Of a DNA stretch of 64,000 nucleotides, positions 54,560 through 64,000 are shown piece by piece; the stretch's first letter is position 1, and each line of letters starts with the position of its first letter. The stretch lies in NCBI RefSeq assembly GCF_009914755.1, contig NC_060937.1. One strand, 5' to 3'. Under the pieces are notes generated by a model that saw only the letters and a program-made list of their open reading frames with translations, did not search any database and was not told the DNA's origin. The position numbers were made by a program, and so were the translations under genes. This stretch comes from the human T2T-CHM13v2.0 reference genome, Homo sapiens.

Positions 54560-56903
54560 ATATCCTAGAAGTACTAGAAATGCACCTTGAGGGGCAGAAA
54601 AGCAAGGGGCCTATCATATGGGTCATATTCTCAGATATCATCTAGGATCTTTGAACTTCAGTGCAGAATCCAATGACCCATAATCAAGTATGAGCAAGGC
54701 CCCAGAACCTACATATAAGCCAGGATGCAAAATTGCCTTCTTCCCAACATCAGTCTATGATTCATGGGTCACTAAATTTAGAGAAAAATTGATCCAAGAA
54801 ACAAAACTGGTACTCAGAATGTCCTCACTGGATGAAAAGGATCTGATGCAGGGAGATATGACACCAATCCTGAAGTTGCTGAGAAAGTGGAAAAATCTGG
54901 GAGTTTCACTTGGAAACTGTACTGAGTGGTATTCAAATGTATACAAGCACTCTTCAGATGCCCACAAGGGATACCAGGAAGGCTAGGCCATAGAAATGTT
55001 TACACTAGACTAAATACTGATTGAAGGATGAGGCAGCTCCATATCTGGTATGAATAGTTAAGACTGCGGACACAGATGTCCAATCTAGAATCGTAGACCC
55101 AGGATAGGTAGCGAGGCAGACAACACAGTCCGTTATAGATAGCACCTTATTCTGGAAACTCCCAGTTTACTTTAAGTGTGTGTCTAATTGTTAGTGCTAA
55201 GCAGCTCTTCCTTTTGTCTTCTTGGATTCTGCTGAACTTTTTGGTCAGTTCAATATGGACTACAATAGAATTAAACAGCCCTCATTTTGGGGAATTTACT
55301 ATTCCCTACATTAATAATTACGATTTTAAGTCTGTGGTTCCTCTAAGATTCTCTATGATGACCGAAAGCCTGGGTATTGTTTAAGCTCTACTCCCTCAAC
55401 ATCTGTAAATGGCAGGTTTGGACCAGAAGACTACCCATAGGCAGTTCCCATTTCACGGAATCTTTTAGTAAATCAAGAAGATATGATAAATACATGGTGG
55501 AGGGGAGGGAGGACTAGATTGCAGCTCTGACTTGGACAGACAGAGCAGTGTGCAGAGGCTCGCATTGTGAATTTTAGGTGCTGAACGACTGCAGGAATAA
55601 ATCAGGAATCTCAAGAGGACCCATAGACCCTCTGAAGGAAACAGACTGCTCCTGCAGGACCCAGGAGACATCCCAAAAACTGTGAGTTCCCAAACTGCGG
55701 AAGGGGGAAAGGGAGATCCTCCACTGACAAACACTTCCCCTCCACCCTCCCCATTGGAGAAGCTGAAGATCCAGTTTGTGGAAGAAGATTCTGATCTTAC
55801 CTGGAGCTGAGTCAATTTAGAGAGCTGAGTGAAACACAGGGGTAGAGGAAGCAGCGGGAAAGGCCCTGGAAGCTTGCTGGGTCCCCAAGCAGGCTATTCC
55901 TGCCTGCCTGGCACCATAGGGATCCTTCGGGAGGGCAGTCAGAAGTGCAAGGTAAATGCCACAGGGAGAAGGAAGTCTCCACCTGAACTTTGTAACAATT
56001 TTAACTGGTCCAGCATATATCCGATATTCAGACTCCACAGACAGGGGAAGAACTAAGGCCCTTTTCTTTTGCAGCTGGGAGGTGGGTAGCCTGGGGCAAG
56101 TTCTCAGCCCTGCTTGCCCACTGCCTGGAAACAGGCTTGGTGCTATTAGAGGGTGCACAGTGGGAGTGAGACCGGCCCTTCAGATTGTGTGGGAGCTAGG
56201 TATGGCCTGTGACTGCTGGCTTTACCCCACTTCCCTGACAACCTGCATGATTCAGAAGAGGCAGCTATAAACCTCCTAGGTACCCAATTCCATTGACCTG
56301 GGACCCTCACCCCCATCCCCCATCCCCCATAGCAGCCACATCAAGACCCACCCAAGGAGAGTCTGAGCTCAAACACGACTAGCCCTGACCCCATCTGATG
56401 GTCCTTCCCTACCCTAGCTGAAGACAAAAGGTATATACTCCTGGGAGTTCTAGGGCCCTGCCCACTGACAGTTCCTCTCCATGCTACCACAGCTGATGCT
56501 CTCTGAAAAGTGCCACCTCCCAGAAGGAGGCCAACCAGCAAAAAAATAGATCATTAAACCACCAAAGCTAAGAAATGGACTTAAGTAGTCCATTTCACCC
56601 CCCTGCCACCTCTACTGGAACAAATGCTAGTATCCATGGCTCAGAGACCCATAGACAGTTCCTATGGTTCTCTATGAGACAGGACTCTATGCAGACAACC
56701 CCCAGTACCACCCCAGAGCCTGATAGACTTGCTGGGTGGCTAGACCCAGAAGAGAGATAACAATCAGTGCAGCTCGGCTCACAGGAAATCATATCCACAG
56801 GAAAATGGGGGAGAATACAACACCTAGGGAACACCTCGTGAGACAAAAGAATCTGAACAAAACCCTTCAGCCCTAGACCTTCCCTCTGACACAGCCTATC
56901 CAA

Positions 56904-57943
56904 ATGAGAGGAAACCAGAAAACCAACTCTGGTAATATGACAAAACAAGGCTCTTGAACAACGCCCCCCCCCCACCCCCCCCCCCCCCCCGCCAAAATCA
57001 CACTGGCTCACCAGCAATGGATCCAACCCAAAAAGAAATCCCTGATTTACCTGAAAAATAATTCAGGAGGTTAGTTATTAAGCTAATCAGGGAGGCACCA
57101 GAGAAAGTGAAACCCAGTGCAAGAAAATCCAAAAAACAATACAAGAAGTGAAGGGAGAAATATTCAAGGAACTAGCATAAAGAAAAAACAAATCAAAACT
57201 TCAGGAAAAATTGTATACATTTATAGAAATGCAAAATGCTCTGGAAAGTCTCAATAAAAGAATTGAACAAGTGGAAGAAATAAATTCAGAGCGCAAAGAT
57301 AAGGTCTTCAAATTAATGCAATCCAACAGAGACAAAGAAAAAAGAATAAGAAAATATGAACAAGCACCCAAGAAGTCTAGGATTATGTTAAATGACTAAA
57401 CCTAAGAATAATTGTTGTTCCTGTGGAAGAAGAGAAATCTAGAAGTTTGGAGAACATATTTGGGGGAATAATTGAGGAAAACTTCCCCAGCCTTGTTAGA
57501 GATCTAGACATCCAAATAAAAGAAGCACAAAGAACACCTGGGGAACTCATTGCAAAAAGATCATCACCTATGCACATTGTCATCAGGTTATCTAAAGTTA
57601 AGATGAAGGAAATAATCTTAGGAACTGTGAGACAAAAGCACCAGGTAACCTACAAAGAAAAACCTATCAGATTAACACAGATTTCTCAGCATAAACCCTA
57701 CAAGCTAGAAGGGATTGGGGCCCTATCTTCAGCTTCCTCAAACAAGACAATTATCAGCCAAGCATTTTGTATCTAGCGAAACTAAGCATCATATATGAAG
57801 GAAAGCTACAGTCTTTTTCAGACAAACAAATGCTGAGATACTTTACCACTACCAAGTTACCACTACAAGAACTGCCTAAAGGAGCTCTAAATTTTGAAAC
57901 AAATCCTGGAAACACATCAAAACAGGACCTTTTTAAAGCATAA
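56904..57943 (+). pseudogene. L1 ORF1 remnant (frameshifted)
   Basis: ORF fragments LESLNKRIEQVEE and IIEENFPSLVRDLDIQIKEAQRTP...HIVIRLSKV. Confidence 0.9.
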
Positions 57944-58021
57944 ATCTCACAGGATCTATAAAACAAAAATACAATTTAAAAAGCAAAAGCAAAAAATCAA
58001 GGTACACAGGCAACAAATGGC

Positions 58022-61000
58022 ATGATGAATGGAATGGTACCTCACATCTCAATACTGACATTGAACGTAAATTGCATAAATGCTCCACTTAAAAGATACA
58101 GAACTGCAGAATGGATAAGAATTCACCAGCTAACTATCTATTGCCTTCAAGAGACGTACCTAACACATAAGTACTCACATAAACTTAAAGTAAAGGGTGG
58201 AAAAAGGCATTTCATGCAAATGGACATCCAAAGCGAGCAGGGGTAGCTATCCTTTTATTAGACACAATTAACTTTAAAGCAACAGCAGTTAAAAAAGACA
58301 AAGAGCAACATTATATAATGCTAAAAGTCCTTGTCCAACGGGAAAATATCACAATCTTAAACGTATATGCACCTAACACTGGAGCTCCAAAACTTATAAA
58401 ATGATTACTAATAGACCTAAGGAATGGGATAGACAGCAACGAAATAGTAGTAGGGGACTTCAATACTCCACTGACAGGTCATCAAGACAGAAAGTCCACA
58501 AAGAAACAATGGATTTAAACTATACTTTGGAACAAATGGACTTAACAGATATATGCAGAACATTCCATCCAATAACCACAGAATACACATTCTGTTCAAC
58601 AGTGCATGGAACTTGCTCCAAGACAGACCATATGATAGGCCACAAAATGAGCCTCAATAAATGTAAGAAAATTGAAATTATATCAAACACTCTCTCAGAC
58701 CACAGGGGAATAAAACAGAAATCAACTCTAAAAGGAGCCTTCAAAACCATGCAAACACATGGAAATTAAATAACATGCTCCAGAATGATCATTGGGTCAA
58801 AAACGAAATCAAGATGGAAATTAAAAAATTGTTTGAACTGAACGACAATAGTGATACAACCTATCAAAACCTTTGGGATACAACAAAGGCAGTGCTAAGA
58901 GGAAAGTTCATAGCCCAAAATGCCTACATCAAAAGACCGAAAGAGCACAAACTGATACTTTAAGGTCATACCTCAAGGAACAAGAGAAACAAGAACCAGA
59001 CAAACCCAAACCCAGCAGAAGAAAGGAAATAACAAAGGTCAGACGAGAAGTTACTGAAATTGAAACAAACAAAAAATACGAAAGATAAATGAAACAAAAA
59101 CCCGGTTCTTTGTAAAGCTAAATAAAATTGATAGACCATTAGCGAGATTAACTAAGAAAAAAAGAGAGAAAATCCAAATAACCTCAATAAAAAATGAAAT
59201 GGGAGATATTATAACTGACACCACAGAAATACAAAAGATCATTTAAGGCTACTATGAACACCTTTACACACACAAACTAGAAAATATAGAAAAGATGGAT
59301 AAATTCCTAGAAAAATACAACAATCAGAAAGAATTAGATATCTTTAACAGACCAATAACAAGCAGTGAGATTGAAATGATAATTAAAAAATTACCAACAA
59401 AAAAAAGTCCAGGACCAGATGGATTCACAGCAGAATTCAACCAGACATCCAAAGAAGAATTTGTAGCAATTCTTTTGACACTATTCCACAAGATGGAGAA
59501 AGAGAGAACCCTCCCTAATTCATTCTGTGAAGCCAGCATCACTCTAATACCAGAACCAGGAAAGGGCATAACCAAAAAAGAAAAGTACAGACTGAGATCC
59601 CTGATGAACATATATGCTAAAATCTTTAACCAAATACTAGCTAACTGATCCAACAACATATCAGGAAGATAATCCACCATGATCAAGTGGGTTTCATACC
59701 AGGGATGCAGGGATGGTTTAATATACATAAGTCAATAAATGTGATACACCACATAAACAGAATTAAAAACAAAAGCCACATGATCATCTCAATAGATGCA
59801 GAAAAACCATTTGATGGAATCCAGCATCGCTTTATGATTAAAACTCTCAGCAAAATCGGCATACAAGGGACATACCTCAATGTAATAAAAACCATCTATG
59901 ACAAACCCAGAGCCAGCATAATACTGAATGTGGAAAAGTTGAAAGAACTCCTGCTGAGAACTGGAACAAGACAAGGATGGCCACTCTCACCACTTCTCTT
60001 CAACATAGTACTGGAAGTCCTAGCCAGAGCAATCAGAAAAGAGAAAGAAATGAAGGGCATCCAAATCAGTAAAGAGGAAGTCAAATTGTCACTGTTTGCT
60101 GATGAAATGATAGTTTACTTTGAAAACCTTAAAGACTCCTCCAGAAAGCTCCTAGAACTGATAAAAGGATTCAGCAAAGTTTCAGAATACAAGATTAATG
60201 AACCACAAATCAGCGCTCCTCTATATACTAACAGTGACCAAGCTGAGAATCAAATCAAGAACTAAACTTATTTTACAATAGCTGCAAAAAAATAAAAATA
60301 AAATAAAATACTTAGGAATATACCTAACCAAAGACGGGAAAGACTATGACAAGGAAAACCACAAAACACTGTTGAAAGAAATCACAGACAACACAAACAG
60401 ATGGAAACACATCCCATGCTCATGGATGGGTAGAATCAATATTGTGAAAATGACCATATTGCCAAAAACAATCTACAATTCAATGCAACCCCCATTAAAA
60501 TACCACCATCATTCTTCACAGAATTAGAGAAAACAATTATAAAATTCATATGGAAAAATAAAAAGCCCACATAGTTAAAGCAAGACTAAGTAAAAAGAAC
60601 AAATCCAGAGGCATCACACTACCTGATTTCAAACTACACGGTAAGGCCATAGTCACCAAAGCAGCATTGTACTGGTATAATAATAGGCACATAGACCAAT
60701 GAAACAGAATAGAAAACCAATAAATAAACCCAAATACTTACAGCCAACTGATCTTTGAGAAAGCAAACAAAAACATAAAGGGGGAAAGAACACCCTTTTC
60801 AACACATGGTCCTGAGATAATTGGCTAGCCACATGTAGGAGAACAAAATTGGATCTTTATCTTTCACTTTATACAAAAATCAACTGAAGATGGATTAAGG
60901 ACTTAAATCTAAGACCTGAAACTATAAAAATTCTAGAAGAAAACATTGGAAAAACCCTTCAGACATTGGCTTAGGCAAGGGTTTCATGATGAAGAACCCA

Positions 61001-61670
61001 AAGGCAAATTCAATAAAAACAAAGACAAATAGCTGGGACTTAGTTAAACTAAAGAGCTTTTGCACAGCAAAAGGAACAGTCAGCAGAATAAACAGATAAC
61101 CCATAGAGTAGGAGAAAATCTTCACAATGTATACATCTGATAAAAGAATAATATCCAGAATCTACAATGAACTCAAACAAATCAGCAAAAAAAAACAAAC
61201 AATCCCATCAAAAGTGAGCAAAATACATTAGTAGACAATTTTCAAAAGAAGATATACAAATGGCCGATGAACATATAAAAACATGCTCAACATCACTAAT
61301 GATCAGGGAAATGCCATTCTTGCAGGCAATACCACCTTACTCCTGCAAGAATGGTCATAATCAAAAAAATAAAAAAATAGATGTTGCCATGAATGTGGTG
61401 TTCAGGGAACACTTCTACACTGCTGTTGGGATGGTGAACTAGTACAGCCATTAGGGAAAACAGTCTGGACATTCCTTAAGGAACTAAAAGTAGAACTACC
61501 ATTTGATCCAACAATCCCACTACAGGGTATCAACCCAGAGGAAAAGAAGTCATTATACAAAAAAGATACTTGCACATGCATGTTTATGGCAGTACAATTC
61601 ACAATTGCAAAATCGTGGAACCAACTCAAATGCCCATCAATCAACTAGTGGATAAAAAAACTGTGAGATA

Positions 61671-61705
<35 letters not shown>

Positions 61706-61760
61706 GAAGGATGGAATACTAGTCAGCCATAAAAAGGAATGATTTAACGTCATTTGCAGT
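58022..61760 (+). pseudogene. L1 ORF2 remnant (endonuclease/reverse transcriptase; multiple stops and frameshifts)
   Basis: Motifs ISILTLNVN..CLQET (APE endonuclease), [30 protein letters not shown], and LFADEM (the catalytic FADD is mutated). Confidence 0.95.
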
Positions 61761-63043
61761 CAACTGGATGAGATTGGGGACTATTATTCTAAGTGAAATA
61801 ACTCAGGAATGGAAAACCAAATATTGTATGTTCTCACTGATATGTGGGAGCTAAGCTATGAGGACGCAAAGGCATAAGAATGATACAATGGAAGTTGGGG
61901 ACTTGCCGAGAAGGATGGGAGGGAGGTGAGGGATAAAAGACTGAAAATAGGGTGCAGTGTATACTGTTCATGTGATGGGTGCACCAAAATATCACAAATT
62001 ACCACTAAAGAACTTACTCATGTAACCAAACACCACTTGTATCCCCAATAATTTATGGAAAAATTCTTAAAAAGAAGATATTATAAATGACCTTTTGATC
62101 CATAGAGAAATATGTTAGGTACTTTACCCTGATTATAAAAAGAAACATATTTATATTTGTGGTCCCGTAATTTTTCCTATTCCAAATCAATGGGGGCATT
62201 ATATGCAACTATTATTTTACTATTGGTTTTGGTAAGAAAGATAAACTTTGTTCAGGAGAGTCCAACATGCAAAGTTTCTAATGTAAGTGCATCATTTTAG
62301 ACACACATCCCTTTTGTAATCCTTGTGCGTCCCATTTCTCACTTCCCTGGCTATGTTGAACTATTTGGCATTTTGTAATTACCAGTTCATAAGTTTCTGT
62401 TTGATTGAATTAAGTAGTTTCTGTTTACATCAAAAATAAAATGTAGTAAAATAAACATCTAACCGAATTATTGCTGAAACCCACCACTGATTTGCTAACT
62501 AGTGAGGGAGTATGAACATCATTTCATGAGTATAGTGATAAAAATATTGATTTGTAAATGTTCTGATATAATACATTTTAATAAACTTTTTGTTAGATTT
62601 TTACTTATTGACACAATTCTCATTTCTCAGAACCTTTTTGCAGTCGGGAATATATATTAGGAAATATTTAATGACTCTCTTGAAATATAATATTGAATTA
62701 CACCCTGAAAATAGAATAGAATTTCTGGTTAATGGTCAAAATGCTTTTTCTGTTATCACCAACTGCATTTATTTTTTATTCATAATGAATCCAACTATGA
62801 TGACTGGTTCAGGAAATCATGAGGAAGACAAATAGTTTCTGTCTGTCTCAGCAACTTTCTTGATGCTATAGATTAGATTTCCCACTTGTATACAAACTCT
62901 TTCTTGCCTATAGACATGGCTTTTAAATGTTATATAAATGAACAAATAGTAAAATTATTTTAGATAGGCAACATATGGGCCTATAATATTTTTTCCTCGT
63001 AGACACATACCCATTTCAAGAGGTATCTATTTATTTTAAACTG

Positions 63044-63849
63044 TATTGTGTTGAAGAAGTATAATTAAAACCAAAATTTTCTCCTAACCCCCAAATCCTC
63101 TCTACAAAGGTAGAAAAGAAAGAAAACACTTTTATTATTGAGTATTGAATCAGAATGTGATGTGCCTCACAGGCAGTCTACTAAGACAGGGGTCCCCAAA
63201 CACCAGGCCTGAGACTGGTACTGGCCTGTTAAGAACTGGGGTGCACAGCAGGAGGTTAGCGCCAGGCAAGGAAGAGAAGCTTCATCTGTATTTACAGCTT
63301 CTCCCCATTGTTCACATTACCGCCTGAGCTCTGCCTCCTGCCAGATCAGCAGAAGCATTAGATTCTCACTGGACTCTATTGTGAACTGTGCATGTGAGGG
63401 GTTTAGGTTGTTTGTGACTTTTGAGAATCTAACCTGATTCTCTGAGGTGGATAATCTGATAATCTGAGGTGGAATAGTTTTATCCCGAAACCCCCCTCTG
63501 ACCCCCATCCATGGAAATATTGTCTTCCATGAAACTGGTCCCTGGTACCAAAAAGGTTAGGTACTGCTGCACTAAGAGATTTCAAGAGCAGAAGGAATGC
63601 TCACTCATTTATATAGTGAAGCATACACAACTAACTGCATACACGTCTTCAACATAAACTTCTGCACTCACCCTCAGGTAAGAAAATAACTAGTCCTCAA
63701 GTAAGAAACTTGATAGCACTATTTGTCACACATAGTACATTGTAACTTTACCCAGTAATTGGAGTGACCATCTGTATTAACTAGTTTTATCCAGAGGAAA
63801 AATGAACTTCTCATATCTTTATGATAGGAAATAATTTTGCAAATTTTAG
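63044..63849 (-). mobile_element. Old ERV1 LTR (LTR37-like) interrupted by MER1B
   Basis: 'cacttttattattgag...cagaatgtgatgtgcctcacaggc' continues after the MITE as 'ctaagagatttcaagagcaga'. Family is from memory. Confidence 0.55.
63187..63569. mobile_element. MER1B-like hAT-Charlie MITE
   Basis: 'caggggtccccaa...ccatgaaactggtccctggtaccaaaaaggttaggtactgctg'. 8-bp TSD TACTAAGA/CACTAAGA. Confidence 0.92.
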
Positions 63850-64000
63850 TGACACAGGATTTTTCTTGGTCACTTTGCCAGCCGAGACCTCTGGCTGGTG
63901 ACACCCCTGCCTGTGCCTTGCTTGGGCTTGAGTTCACCGCAGGAGATGACCTGTCTACTCAGCTGCTGGGCTGCACCTGGCTTGTACTCCAGCATGGATC
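63850..64000 (-). mobile_element. GC-rich ERV1 LTR (MER52/LTR27/LTR28-like), truncated by the window end
   Basis: Abrupt GC shift at 'tgacacaggatttttcttggtcactttgccagccgagacctctggc'. Confidence 0.6.

Larger units (their letters stand above)
55492..62071 (+). mobile_element. Full-length (about 6.6 kb) inactive L1PB-type LINE-1
   Basis: GC-richer 5' UTR, ORF1 and ORF2 remnants, and a 3' end 'atccccaataatttatggaaaaa'. 17-bp TSD AAGAAGATAT(G/T)ATAAAT at 55475-55491 and 62072-62088. Confidence 0.96.

Noticed and set aside
59687-60265. 192-aa reverse-transcriptase-like ORF as a novel RT system
   Set aside because: It is an ordinary fragment of LINE-1 ORF2 within a decayed L1, with a mutated catalytic motif.

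Overview
This is AT-rich, CpG-depleted primate (human-like) nuclear DNA. AluY-type elements point to a catarrhine. It reads as intergenic or deep-intronic sequence, and well over half of it is recognisable transposable-element debris: Alu monomers and AluJ/S/Y, old L1M fragments, one full-length but dead L1PB-type element (55492-62071), many solo LTRs (THE1/MST/MLT1, MLT2, MER4, MER21, MER31-like and others), DNA transposon MITEs (MER33, MER8-like, MER20, Tigger3b, MER1B), L2/MIR remnants and microsatellites. I cannot support any protein-coding gene, structural RNA gene or CRISPR array. The listed ORFs are L1 fragments, repeat translations or chance. I found no convincing novel biological system. 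The most notable structures are: a three-level nested insertion ending in a twin-primed, 5'-inverted L1; a triple-LTR nest; an ancient local duplication of about 210 bp in which only one copy carries an MLT2 LTR; several candidate cryptic exons; and a CpG/GATA-rich non-repeat patch. Repeat subfamily names come from my recollection of consensus sequences and need RepeatMasker/Dfam confirmation.
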